The notes: generated from the letters alone by a model not told the origin. DNA of 64,000 nucleotides from Eledone cirrhosa (GCA_964016885.1 OZ024763.1:16988001-17052000); one strand, 5' to 3'. Numbered from the stretch's first letter, positions 1 to 15,372 are shown. Numbers and translations: made by a program.

Positions 1-199
1 CACACCACACCACACCACACACACACCACACCACACACACACTCCACACCATACACACACACACCACACACACCACAACACACACACCAGACCATACACA
101 CACCACCATACACACACACCACACCACACACACACCACACCACCATACACACACACACACCACACCACACACACCACAACACACACACCACACACAAAA
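1..199. repeat. degenerate (CA)n/(CACAC)n simple repeat
   Basis: Almost only C and A. Confidence 0.95.
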
Positions 200-342
200 C
201 AGTATGTAGGTAGTATTTCAAATATCGATTGTTGAAAACTGGAATATGTCCACACAAGGTAATTTGATGGCTGCTATCGTCAATTTTACTGATTGGCATA
301 GCTTTTTATGTTGAGTTTTTTTTTATTTAACTTATATTTAAC

Positions 343-354
343 TATATATGTGTA

Positions 355-411
<57 letters not shown>

Positions 412-433
412 ATTTATGTATGTATGTATACTC

Positions 434-491
<58 letters not shown>

Positions 492-580
492 GTATATATA
501 TATAATATATATATGTGTGTGTATATGTATGTATATATATGTATATATATATATGTGTGTGTGTGGGTTTATGTATACTC

Positions 581-622
<42 letters not shown>

Positions 623-659
623 GTATATATATATATATATATGTGTGTGTATATGTATC

Positions 660-712
<53 letters not shown>
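343..712. repeat. (TA)n/(TG)n compound microsatellite
   Basis: Direct reading. Confidence 0.95.
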
Positions 713-714
<2 letters not shown>

Positions 715-725
715 TTATTAAAATA

Positions 726-801
726 ACAGATTAAAGTTTAAGCAAAGAATCGCTGCTTTCACCCTTAACGGGATCTTCTGAAACTAACAAAGTCAATCTG
801 T
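726..801 (-). ncRNA. type I hammerhead motif, family A (CAGAAGA core)
   Basis: AGTTT-CAGAAGA-T CCC gttaa GGG T-GAAA GCA..TGC T-T-AAACT; distal helix I ACAGATT/AATCTGT. Confidence 0.75.
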
Positions 802-1524
802 GAACGCAGAAGTGAATATTTCGAAAAACGTTGCAACCAAAGGAAGACAGGAAGACGATACTTTGGTTCGTGGAAACGTTCCCTGGCAAAGAACGGGAAA
901 AAACGAAGATAATACGTCATTATTTGGAGCAGTGAAAAACAATTACACGCAAAGACAAAACCACATTTATGGTATAAAAGAAGTCGTAGACTAATATTCT
1001 ATTAGGTGATTCATAGAGACGTTCTCTGGCATTGAACGGAAAAAACGAAAATAATACGTCATATGTGGTGCGTGGAGAACAATTGCATGCAACGACAAAA
1101 CCACGTAAATGGTATAACTGAAGTCGTAGACTAAAATACAGAGGTAACTGAAATTAAATAAATACAGAATCATTCGGTTTCCTAGTTGGAATTTTAGTCT
1201 ACGACTTCAGTTATACCATTTACGGGTTTTGTCTTTGCGTGCAATTTTTCTCTACGCTCCACATATGACGTATTATCTTTGTTTTTTCCGTTCAATGCCA
1301 GAGAACATCTCTATGAACCACCTAATAGAATATCAGTCTACGACTTCTTTAATACCATAAACGTGGTTTTGTCTTTGATTGTAATTCTTTTTCACTGCTC
1401 CAAATAATGACGTATTATATTCGTTTTTCCCCTTCTTTGCCAGGGAACATTTCCACGAACCAAAGTATCGTCTTCGTGTCTTCCTCCGGTTGTAACATTT
1501 TTTGAAATATTCACTTCTGCATTC

Positions 1525-1600
1525 ACAGATTGACTTTGTTAGTTTCAGAAGATCCCGTTAAGGGTGAAAGCAGCGATTCTTTGCTTGAACTTTAATCTGT
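1525..1600 (+). ncRNA. type I hammerhead motif, family A (CAGAAGA core)
   Basis: Same fold as 726-801; core at 1546-1552, GAAA at 1566-1569, predicted cleavage after 1586. Confidence 0.75.
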
Positions 1601-1697
1601 TATTTTAATAAATATTTGCTCTACGGTTCTTATATATTTGATATATATTTATCCTTATCGAGCCCTCTTTGGATTTAGTCTTCAAATTTATTATTAT

Positions 1698-1737
<40 letters not shown>

Positions 1738-1788
1738 ATGGATGGATACATGGATATATATATACACACATATATGGATGGATAAATA

Positions 1789-1839
<51 letters not shown>

Positions 1840-1926
1840 CGTCCATCTTCCACACAAGCAATATATATATGTATGTATATGTACATATATATGTGTGTAT
1901 ATTTAGAAATCATCAGGAATCTCATC

Positions 1927-1977
1927 AGATTCCTGATGATTTCTAAAGAATGAAACAGTTCTAGTCCTGTAGAATCT
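1927..1977 (+). ncRNA. type I hammerhead ribozyme, family B
   Basis: AGATTC-CTGATGA-T TTC taaa GAA T-GAAA CAG ttctagtc CTG T-A-GAATCT; GUA triplet. Confidence 0.85.
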
Positions 1978-2008
1978 CATCTATATATACATATATATAT
2001 ATATATAT

Positions 2009-2131
2009 AGGAAAAGGTATGACCCCGACGGCAGAGCTCATTCCTTTTCCTATTACCCACTCTACTACCCTAAGTATTGAGTACTCTGGTGCGTTATGGT
2101 CCATCTGGTTCCTTACCAGAACTCCTTCGTT
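2009..2131 (+). mobile_element. Family C element, centrally deleted copy
   Basis: Matches 6841-7046; lies between (TA)n tracts. Confidence 0.75.
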
Positions 2132-2159
2132 ATATATATATATATATATATATACATAT

Positions 2160-2480
2160 AGATTTTGAGTATATGTTGGTTGTATACCAACACCTCAGTA
2201 TGCAGGCTGGAGCACTCGACGAAGTGCGCAGGTTGGTTTGGTTACTCCGGAGTAGTGTAAAATAAAGTTAAATAAAAAGTCAAATGTTTAAAATTTAGCT
2301 TCGTTTATTACTGCTATATATATTTCAGTGACAGCCATCTTTGGCTGTGACCTCTTCAGGCAGTCCGAATTAGTGTGGTATAGACAAGTACATATGTTGT
2401 TGAGGTGTATAATATTGTAAATACTCTGATATGCCCAGTTCCTTGTTGGGTTGTTATTTCACTGAGGAACTGGAATCATA
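2160..2480 (-). mobile_element. Family D PLE-like terminus
   Basis: Hammerhead, AATAAA, bulged hairpin 2214-2253, tail into (TA)n; the tail recurs at ~7210-7285. Confidence 0.7.
2310..2364 (-). ncRNA. type I hammerhead ribozyme, family D
   Basis: ACTGC-CTGAAGA-G GTcACAGCCA aaga TGGCTGTcAC T-GAAA TATATA T-A-GCAGT. Confidence 0.88.
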
Positions 2481-2489
2481 TCATTATTT

Positions 2490-2557
<68 letters not shown>

Positions 2558-2591
2558 TATATATATGCATGTACATATATATATATATATG

Positions 2592-2629
<38 letters not shown>

Positions 2630-2667
2630 TATATATATATATATATATGTACATATATATATATATA

Positions 2668-2698
<31 letters not shown>

Positions 2699-3430
2699 GT
2701 ACATATATATACATATATATATAAATGTACATATATATACATATATATATATATGTACATATATATACATATATATATATATATGTACATATATATATAT
2801 ATGTACATATATATATATGTACATATATATACATATATATATATATATGTACATATATATACATATATATATATGTACATATATATACATATATATATGT
2901 ACATATATATACATATATATATATATGTACATATATATACATATATATATATGTACATATATATACATATATATATATATGTACATATATATACATATAT
3001 ATATTTATGTACATATATATACATATATATATTTATATACATATATATACATATATATATTTATGTACATATATATACATATATATATGTACATATATAT
3101 ACATATATATATGTACATGTATATATATATATAAATATATATAAATATATACATGTATATATATATATATGTACATGTATATATATATATGTACAGGTGT
3201 ATATATATATATATATACATGTACACATCATCATCATCATCATCATCATCATTTTACATCCGCTTTTCCCTGCTTGCAAGGGTGGGACACATGTATATAT
3301 ATATATCTGTGTATAAATATATGTATATATATATATGTGTACATGAATATATATATATATATACATATATAACTATATACACACACACAGACATATATAT
3401 ATATATCTATATATATACACACACATATCT
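2490..3430. repeat. (TA)n/GTAC microsatellite containing an RTE-type 3' tail fragment (3226-3288, minus)
   Basis: The fragment matches the LINE end at 20290-20341. Confidence 0.9.
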
Positions 3431-3644
3431 ATATTTATCTATTCATCTATCTTTTTTATCTGACTACCTATTTTTTGTTACTTCATTTGTTTTATATTTT
3501 GTTTGTTTTATTGGTTTTCTTACCAAACTCAGTTCTAAATTCTAGAAATACTTCCTCTTGGCAATTCTGGTTGTCTCATGGTAACCAGTAGAAGAACCCT
3601 CTACATTGAACACCAATTTGCTTTTTGGTCCATCTCTCTCTCTC

Positions 3645-6199
<2,555 letters not shown>

Positions 6200-6203
<4 letters not shown>

Positions 6204-6671
6204 TTAAGGATACTATTTATGGTTGTGTATATACTAAAACCTTTTATAGTTATATATATTTTAAACCCTAAACAGTGAAAGACAGTAATTTATTACTACC
6301 TTATTACCAGTAAGATAAATAGCTCAATGTAACAACATCAGTTGTTTTACAGAGAAGTTATATAGAAAATACATGAATGAAAGTTCTGTTTAAACCATTT
6401 ATTTGCTTACAATTGTTTCTTCCAAACCGAGGTTTGAAGTCTTCAGAGCAATTTTTCAATGATTTTTTTACATCCTTGACCTCCTTTCCAACACAAGAGA
6501 CATACAGAAACATATGTATATATCGATGCACAGTGTGTTGACATCCATTATAATAATATAGCATGGCAATTTACATACAAAGATTACAGTCATATTAAAG
6601 GACAAAATTAAAGTTAAAATACAACATTGGCAGTTTATCTTCGTAAACTGCCAATGTTGTATTTCAACTTT
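6200..6671 (-). mobile_element. Family E PLE-like terminus
   Basis: Hammerhead 6403-6451, AATAAA, bulged hairpin 6323-6354, terminal fold-back 6610-6671; second copy at 27517-28072. Confidence 0.72.
6403..6451 (-). ncRNA. type I hammerhead ribozyme, family E
   Basis: TTGCT-CTGAAGA-c TTCAAAC ctcg GTTTGGA a-GAAA CAATTG T-A-AGCAA. Confidence 0.85.
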
Positions 6672-6788
6672 ATATATATATATATATAAAACAAAAGGAA
6701 CGATCGACTTTCGTCAAATCGGACCGAGGGAACAATGTTTCCGTTGGTCTTTCCAATTGCTAATACTATCTATCGGTCGCAACTCCAG

Positions 6789-6840
<52 letters not shown>

Positions 6841-6843
<3 letters not shown>

Positions 6844-7046
6844 AACGAGTAGGACCCCGACGGCTGAGCTCAAGCCGTTTCGACGGCTAATTCTGGACTA
6901 AAATTTTAGTCCAGAATTAGCCATCGAAACGGCTTGAGCTCAGCCGTCGGGGTCCTACTCATTCCTATTAACCACTCTACTACCCTAAGTATTGAGTACT
7001 TTGGTGCGTTATGGTCCACCTGGTTCCTTATCACATTTCCTTTGTT
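6841..7046 (+). mobile_element. Family C palindromic element with 3' half of a hammerhead
   Basis: Palindrome 6841-6966 plus ~80-nt tail; GAAACGGCT tgagctc AGCCGTC-GGGGTC. Confidence 0.8.
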
Positions 7047-7822
7047 ATATATATATATGTGTCATCATCATCACCGTTTTACGTCCGTTCTTCCATGCTA
7101 GCATGGGTTAGACGAGTTGTCCTGTTGTGAGCAGTGTCCAGTCGGCTGACCTTGTCTTGCTCATACAGGAACATACATACATATATACACACACAGATAC
7201 ACACAGACTCACCTGTCCACTTCGTTGAGTGCTCTAATCTGCACACTGAAGTGTCGTTAAGCAACCAACACATACTCAAATCTACACTCTCTCTCTCTCT
7301 CTCGAGGTTAACTTTGCCTTTCATCCTTACGGGGTCAATAAAATAAAGTACCAGTAATGTACTGGATAATTGCTGGCCTTGTGCCAAAAGTAGAAACAAT
7401 TATAGCCTGGAGAACTACAATAAACAGCAGTAGACCCAAGATCAAGCCCTGTACCTTGAATTCCTCACTAAATATATTTCCTACTGTCACTTTACTGACA
7501 GCTCTTCTGTACATATCTTACACTGTTCTTACAAGCCATTCTTCTACACCTAGTTTCCGTAAGGACCAACAGATTACAAATTGTGATATACAGTTCAGGA
7601 GCCTTATATAAGCTAGATATAGTGGTTTATACTTAGCTAGGAACTTCGTTTGTAGTTATCTCACAAAATAAAGGGCATCTGTAATGTTCCTCTCTGGCAC
7701 AAAACCAAACTGCATCCCATCTATTTTGATTCTTTCTCTAATTAGTTGTGCTAAAACTTGTTCTGTCACTTTCATAACTTGGTCCATTAGTTTTATGCCC
7801 CTGTAGTTGCTACTTTCTAGAG

Positions 7823-8011
7823 CAGGGTTTCCCAAACTTTTTCAAATGCGGAACCCTTTTTGGCTCAGAAACTTTTGGGGGAACCTCAAAGTCTAATACT
7901 GTTATATGGTCATATTATAAATATACCTTTCTACCACTTTTTCACGGAACCCCAGGCACTTGTTTTCGGAACCCACTTTGGGTTCCGTGGAACCTACTTT
8001 GGGAACCGCTG
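7823..8011. mobile_element. hAT (Charlie-like) MITE
   Basis: Termini CAGGGTTTCCCAAA / TTTGGGAACCGCTG; 8-bp TSD TTCTAGAG at 7815-7822 and 8012-8019. Confidence 0.9.
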
Positions 8012-8529
8012 TTCTAGAGCATCACTTTTTCCCTTGTAACAATTAATGCATCAGTTGTTATGTGTGACCTCATACACAAAACATTAGAATACACAGCAAA
8101 GCCCCCCAGTTTTACATATCAAAGGTAGCTTGGTACATATAACTGGAATTGAAAAGTTATACATACAGGTATTAGATTTTTAAAAATCTAACCATCTTAA
8201 AACTAAAAGGCCCAGCTGAGGGCAGAAATAAATTGCTACAGCCATCAATGGTGAGTGCTCCCCCACAGCAGGGGGCCTGGGACAACTGCCCCCTTTGCTC
8301 TCTATTAAATCCAGTCCTGCCCCTTGTAACAATCAATGAATGAGTCGTTGTGTGTGACCCCCATCATGTGTTATCTAATTGATTATGCGAGGGACTAATT
8401 CGGCCCCTATATCATCCCTTGAATATTTCAATATTTCAGTGACTATCTCTGATGGACCTGCAGCTTTACCATTCTTCAGCTCCCTAATTGCTTCTTTGAC
8501 TCTATAATTGCTCCTATCCAGCTCATCCA

Positions 8530-9003
8530 CATCTTTTGTAACTATTAACAAATATACTGCTTCACCTGTCATTGGGTATGGCCCCGTTTATGTATTACCT
8601 GATTATTTATGTGGGGGCACTAGTTCAGCTCCTACTTCCCCAGAAGATTTCAAAATTTTGATATCTTCTCTTGTAAATATTAACAAATATACTGCTTCAC
8701 CTTTCTTTGGGTATAACCCCCTCCTGTATTACCTGATTATTTATGTGGGGGCACTAGTTCAGCTCCTACTTCCCCAGAAGATTTCAACATTTCGATATTT
8801 TCTCTTGTAAATATTAACAAATATACTGCTTCACCTTTCTTTGGGTATAACCCCCCTCCTGTATTACCTGATTATTTATGTGGGGGCACTAGTTCAGCTC
8901 CTACTTCCCCAGAAGATTTCAAAATTTTGATATCTTCTCTTGTAAATATTAACAAATATACTGCTTCACCTTTCTTTGGGTATAACCCCCTCCTGTATTA
9001 CCT
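8530..9003. repeat. ~120-bp tandem repeat, ~4 units, within the RTE remnant
   Basis: Recurrent ATTAACAAATATACTGCTTCACCT..GGGGCACTAGTTCAGCTCCTAC. Confidence 0.85.
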
Positions 9004-9426
9004 AATTTTGGGGGACTAATTCACCTCCTACTTTCCCAAAAGATTCCATCATCTCCACAACTATATTTGACAGTCCAGCAGCTTTATTATTCTTCATCTC
9101 CTTAATTGCTTCTTTGACCTTATAACTGTCAATTTTCATAGCTGGTCCTTCTATTGGGTCAGTTGGGGGGGGGGGATAGTCCCCCTTCCTACTATTCATT
9201 CTCTCATAAAAACATTTCCGGGCTTCTTTCTATTGAGCGTCAGTGATGCGAAGTGGACCGGTGTTATATCAAAAACAGTTCTACCCCAACCCAACCACAT
9301 CCTGATTCACATTGACTCAGTGCTTTATGATGCGGAACACTGCACACAACTAATGCTCACATCCATCACAGGACATTGGCAATCCACCTGCTTTGCAATT
9401 CAGCTTCTTTGCTTACTAATATATGT

Positions 9427-9770
9427 ATGGTGGCAAATTGGCTGAGACGTTAGAATGTCTAATAATAGAATGCTTTGCAGTATTTGTTCTGACTCTCTCC
9501 TCTCTCAGTTCAAATCCCGCCGAGGTCAACTTTACTTTCATCCTTTCGAGGTCGATAAAAAAAAGTACCAGTCAAGTACTGGGGTCGATTCTTTCTCTAT
9601 ATCTCTTTCTCATTTCCTCTCTCTCACTTTCTATCTTTCTCTGTAAGAAATCTGCTGTACTCAGACCTGGAGAGGGAAGAGATCTGCCAGGCTTAAAATG
9701 CCCAAGAAACGGTGTATGTCAATACGTCGCCCCTATGACTCTATCAGGAGTTACGGGACCATACATACAT
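9427..9770 (+). mobile_element. tRNA-derived SINE (Meta/RUDI-like core) with long tail ending in (CATA)n
   Basis: B box GTTCAAATCC, core CTTTCATCCTTTCGAGGTCGATAAA; relatives at 10228-13032, 14588-14930 and 55060-55210. Confidence 0.75.
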
Positions 9771-9777
9771 GGTGTGG

Positions 9778-10137
9778 TGGCTGCCAACTCGTTTTCGAGT
9801 ACGGCCACCACTTTATATCCATGTAGGAGAACCCCTACCGATGCACTCTGGCACAAACACTACACTTGTGACAATTATTGACACATAGTGCTGGGCCCAT
9901 GGTACCATGTGACAACAAGTGCAGAGCGATCTCCAGATATAAAGCAATGCCTGTGCCGTGAAGCTTTTATAGTGAGCAAAGGCACTGCACAAAGCCAGTC
10001 CCACTCTCTTAACCAAGATGATATTTACCAAAAAGAAGAACAAATCAACATCATTGGATACCATCAGGGTTGCAGGTGTTAGATCAGAGTTTTCCTTCTC
10101 CTAGAATTCTGCCTTGACAAAGGCTAAGGGGTCATCT
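9778..10137 (-). mobile_element. non-autonomous RTE-derived element, partial
   Basis: Near-identical to 19185-19710 and 60978-61585. Confidence 0.8.
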
Positions 10138-10169
<32 letters not shown>

Positions 10170-10488
10170 CATACATACATATATACATACATATATACAT
10201 ACATATATACATACATACATACATAGTAGTGAATTGACTGAGACGTTATAACGTCGGATAGAATGCCTTGTGGTATTTGTTTTGGCTCTCTACTCTCTGA
10301 GTTCAAATTCAACCGAAGTCATCTTTGCTTTTCATCCTTTTGAGGTCAATAAAAGAAGTACCAGTCTAGTACTGGGGTCGATTCTTCCTCTTTATCTTTT
10401 TCTCATTTCCTCTCTAACTTTCTATTCTTTTCTGGAAGAAATCTGCAGCGATCAGACCTGGAGGGGAGATGGGCTCTGCCAGCTTTAA

Positions 10489-13002
10489 CCCTTTAATGTT
10501 CAAACCGGCCAAAACCGGCCGGAATTCTCTACCTTTTTCTGTTGAAACTGGCTGTAACTGGTCACTCAAACTGATGTTAAGGTATTGTTCTCAAAATAAA
10601 TACTTTCAAAATCTCATAGATTCGATATTATGTGAGGTAAAGCCTTTACTGTGAAAATACAATAGTATATATAGAGTAATGTGAATGTTATGTGAGATAT
10701 TATGTGAGGTAAAGCCTTTACTGTGGAAGTACAATAGTATATATAGAGTAATGTGAATGTTATGTGAGATATTATGTGAGGTAAAGCCTTTACCATGAAA
10801 ATATAATAGTATATATAGAGTAATGTGAATGTTATGTGAGATATTATGTGAGTTAAAGCCTTTACAGTGAAAATATAATAGTATATATAGAGTAATGTAA
10901 ATGTTATGTGAGATATTATGTGAGGTAAAGTCTTTACCATGAAAATATAATAGTATATATAGAGTAATGTGAATGTTATGTGAGATATTATGTGAGTTAA
11001 AGCCTTTACAGTGAAAATATAATAGTATATATAGAGTAATGTAAATGTTATGTGAGATATTATGTGAGGTAAAGCCTTTACAGTGAAAATACAATAGTAT
11101 ATATAGAGTAATGTAAATGTTATGTGAGATATTATGTGAGGTAAAGCCTTTACCATGAAAATATAATAGTATATATAGAGTAATGTAAATGTTATGTGAG
11201 ATATTATGTGAGGTAAAGCCTTTACTGTGAAAATACAATAGTATATATAGAGTAATGTAAATGTTATGTGAGATATTATGTGAGGTAAAGCCTTTACTGT
11301 GACAATACAATAGTATATATAGAGTAATGTAAATGTTATGTGAGAGATTATGTGAGGTAAAGCCTTTACTGTGAAAATACAATAGTATATATAGAGTAAT
11401 GTAAATGTTATGTGAGATATTATGTGAGGTAAAGCCTTTACAGTGAAAATACAATAGTATATATAGAGTAATGTAAATGTTATGTGAGATATTATGTGAG
11501 GTAAAGCCTTTACCATGAAAATATAATAGTATATATAGAGTAATGTAAATGTTATGTGAGATATTATGTGAGGTAAAGCCTTTACTGTGAAAATACAATA
11601 GTATATATAGAGTAATGTAAATGTTATGTGAGATATTATGTGAGGTAAAGCCTTTACTGTGAAAATACAATAGTATATATAGAGTAATGTGAATGTTATG
11701 TGAGATATTATGTGAGGTAAAGTCTTTACCATGAAAATATAATAGTATATACAGAGTAATGTGAATGTTATGTGAGATATTATGTGAGGTAAAGCCTTTA
11801 CCATGAAAATACAATAGTATATATAGAGTAATGTGAATGTTATGTGAGATATTATGTGAGGTAAAGCCTTTACCATGAAAATATAATAGTATATATAGAG
11901 TAATGTAAATGTTATGTGAGATATTATGTGAGGTAAAGCCTTTACCATGAAAATATAATAGTATATATAGAGTAATGTAAATGTTATGTGAGATAATTAT
12001 GTGAGGTAAAGCCTTTACTGTGAAAATACAATAGTATATATAGAGTAATGTAAATGTTATGTGAGATATTATGTGAGGTAAAGCCTTTACCATGAAAATA
12101 CAATAGTATATATAGAGTAATGTGAATGTTATGTGAGATATTATGTGAGGTAAAGTCTTTACCATGAAAATATAATAGTATATATAGAGTAATGTAAATG
12201 TTATGTGAGATAATTATGTGAGGTAAAGCCTTTACTGTGAAAATACAATAGTATATATAGAGTAATGTAAATGTTATGTGAGATATTATGTGAGGTAAAG
12301 CCTTTACCATGAAAATACAATAGTATATATAGAGTAATGTGAATGTTATGTGAGATATTATGTGAGGTAAAGCCTTTACCATGAAAATATAATAGTATAT
12401 ATAGAGTAATGTAAATGTTATGTGAGATATTATGTGAGGTAAAGCCTTTACCATGAAAATATAATAGTATATATAGAGTAATGTGAATGTTATGTGAGAT
12501 ATTATGTGAGGTAAAGCCTTTACCATGAAAATATAATAGTATATATAGAGTAATGTGAATGTTATGTGAGATATTATGTGAGGTAAAGTCTTTACCATGA
12601 AAATATAATAGTATATACAGAGTAATGTGAATGTTATGTGAGATATTATGTGAGGTAAAGCCTTTACCATGAAAATACAATAGTATATATAGAGTAATGT
12701 GAATGTTATGTGAGATATTATGTGAGGTAAAGCCTTTACCATGAAAATATAATAGTATATATAGAGTAATGTGAATGTTATGTGAGATAATTATGTGAGG
12801 AAAAGCCTTTACCATGAAAATATAATAGTATATATAGAGTAATGTGAATGTTATGTGAGATATTATGTGAGGAAAAGCCTTTACCATGAAAATATAATAG
12901 TATATATAGAGTAATGTGAATGTTATGTGAGATAATTATGTGAGGAAAAGCCTTTACCATGAAAATATAATAGTATATATAGAGTAATGTGAATGCTAAA
13001 GG
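10489..13002 (+). mobile_element. piggyBac-like MITE with internal 72-bp minisatellite, inserted in a SINE
   Basis: TTAA|CCCTTTA..AATGCTAAAGG; the host SINE resumes at AAATGCCCAAGAAA; unexpanded copy at 49151-49371. Confidence 0.8.
10627..12995. repeat. 72-bp minisatellite, ~33 units
   Basis: Unit ATTATGTGAGGTAAAGCCTTTACCATGAAAATATAATAGTATATATAGAGTAATGTAAATGTTATGTGAGAT. Confidence 0.97.
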
Positions 13003-13781
13003 TTTTTAAATGCCCAAGAAATACCGTATGTAGTATTGGGAATCAAATGAAGTTTATTTTTCAACATATGTATATCCACCTTTTTTTTAACATATGTATC
13101 ACCGAGCTTTACCGAACTTATTTATAACAAACAGTCCTTTTAGCTTCCACACTCTCCTTCTCTGGCCATGTCTACAAACATACCACTGATACATCTTTAT
13201 TGTATAGTCTTGGAGATTGAAATTATAGATCGGAAAGTTTTACTTCTAGGATTTTTTTCAGCACGCCTACATGTGTGTGGATGTGTATATATGTGTATAT
13301 GCATACATTTATATGAATAAGTATATAAATATAAACGTGCAAACACAGACACACTTACAAAAATACACACTCACAGACATATTCACACAAACACACACAT
13401 ACATTCACACAACACACACATACATTCACACAACACACACATACATTCACACACACACACACATACATGTAGCAAATGAAACTCTAGCCACCATTTTGCT
13501 ATAGTTGTTTCACCATCCCCTTCCTTCCTTCCTTTTACACACATACATTCACACAAACACACACATTGTATAATGAACTACACAGAAGTCACCTACATTT
13601 ATATAAAGATTATCCCTATCTCACTTTCAAAGTGAATATAATATTTCCTATACTTTTTTCTGACTCTAGGCGAATTTATTGAACTAAATTCATTTAAAAC
13701 ACAATTCATTTAAAACACAATTTACCTAAATTTTAAAAACTAATTTATCTATATTCACTTTTATTTTCCACTATAAAATAA

Positions 13782-14178
13782 TTGTTTCTACTTTTGGCAC
13801 AAGGTCAGCAATTAACCCCATTCCTTTACTGGTACTCTATTCTATCGATCCTGTAAGGAGGAAAGGCAAAGCTAACCGCGGCAGGATTTGAATTCAGATG
13901 GTAAGGGGCCGTAACTCTATGCTGCAAAATATGGCGTCTGACGTTCTACCGATTCTGCCAATCCACCGCCATAAAATAATTGTTTCTACTTTTGGCACAA
14001 GACCAGCAATTACCCCCCCTCCCGCCAAGTGCATTACTGGTACTCTATTCTATCGATGATGTAAGGATGAAAGGCAAAGTTAACCTCGGCAGGATTTGAA
14101 CTCAGACCGTAAAGGGCCGTAACTCTGTGCCGCAAAGCATGGCGTCCGACACTCCACCGATTCTGCCAATCCATCGCC
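13782..14178 (-). mobile_element. two head-to-tail tRNA-derived SINEs (Meta/RUDI-like core)
   Basis: 13782-13970 and 13980-14178, bounded by three ATAAAATAA copies. Confidence 0.88.
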
Positions 14179-14289
14179 ATAAAATAACATCAGTTTATTG
14201 ACTTTATTATATAGAAACAATGTGACATAACAGCTGGAGCTTGATAATGTCTGTCTTCCCTATTAGGTGGCTATTGTGGTCCTTTTTGG

Positions 14290-14562
14290 TCTGGGAAGGT
14301 GGATGGTCCATGTTTAATTTGGGAAGGTGACTGGTCGATGTTTAATTTGGGAAGGTGGGTGGTCCATGTTTGATTTGGAAAGGTGGGTGGTCCATGTTTA
14401 ATTTGGGAAGGTGGGTGGTCCATGTTTGATTTGGAAAGGTGGGTGGTCCATGTTTGATTTGGGAAGGTGGGTGGTCCTTGTTTAATTTGGAAAGGTGGGT
14501 GGTCCATGTTTAATTTGGGAAGGTGAGTGGTCCTTGTTTAATTTGGGAAGGTGAGTGGTCCA
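14290..14562. repeat. ~29-30-bp G-rich minisatellite
   Basis: TTTGGGAAGGTGGGTGGTCCATGTTTAA units. Confidence 0.92.
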
Positions 14563-14587
14563 GTACTTGACTGATATTATATTTATA

Positions 14588-14930
14588 TGTATGCATGGTC
14601 CCCGTAACTCCTCAGAGAGTCATAGGGCCACCATGTTAACATACAGCATTTCTAGGGCATTTTAAAACCTGGCGGAGCCCATCTCCTCTCCAGGTCTGAA
14701 TACAGCAGATTTTTTTGCAGAAGATAGAGAGGGAGAGGGAGAGGGAGAGGGAGAGAGAAAGAGAATGGAAGTGAGAAAGAGATGTAGAGGAAGAATCGAT
14801 CCCAGTATTTGACTGGTATTTTTTTTTTATCAATCTCGAATGGATGAAAGGCAAAGATGACCTCAGAGAGCAAAGAGTGAAAACGAATACTGCAAAGCCT
14901 TCTATCTGACATTCTAGCGACTCTGCCATT
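14588..14930 (-). mobile_element. SINE of the 9427 type
   Basis: Reverse complement of 9427-9770. Confidence 0.78.
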
Positions 14931-15339
14931 TTGGCATTTTCTTCTGGCCTTTGGCTTTGCTTCATTAGCAAGTCTGGTGAGCAGATCGGACTGGTGTCAG
15001 GTCAAAAAAAAAAATGAGACCCCCCGAGAGTGTGTGGCCCTAAGCTATAGCTTTTTTAGCTTATAGGTACATCTAGCACCGAGGGAGAAGCTCTGGAACC
15101 CCATGTGGTGTGAGACCCATTGACACACATTATTTGGTGGAGAATCTATATTTTCTTTCATTCTGATTCTATATTTTTACGTGAAATATTTATGTAATTA
15201 AGTATTGTATAGATTATGTGTGTGTATATATATATGTGTATATATATATATAAGTAGTGTGTATATATATATATAAGTGTATATATTAGTTGTGTATATA
15301 TATATAAGTAGTGTATATATTAGTTGTGTATATATTAGT

Positions 15340-15372
<33 letters not shown>

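Larger units (their letters stand above)
711..1690 (+). mobile_element. Family A: PLE-like inverted terminal element (arms 711-1137 and 1191-1615, unpaired tail to ~1690)
   Basis: Two ~425-bp arms are reverse complements; each has a ~140-bp internal duplication and a hammerhead motif; flanked by (TA)n. Confidence 0.75.
7405..9245 (-). mobile_element. Fragmented RTE-clade LINE reverse transcriptase remnants
   Basis: Minus-strand translation YKGKSDALESSNYRGIKLMDQVMKV..MQFGFVP and VKEAIRELKNGKAAGPSEIVTE; interrupted by insertions. Confidence 0.85.

Noticed and set aside
10606-12960. 24-aa repeat ORFs (MVKALPHIISH.. / HGKGFTSHNISH..)
   Set aside because: Translation of a 72-bp minisatellite inside a MITE; two frames are open and indels shift them.
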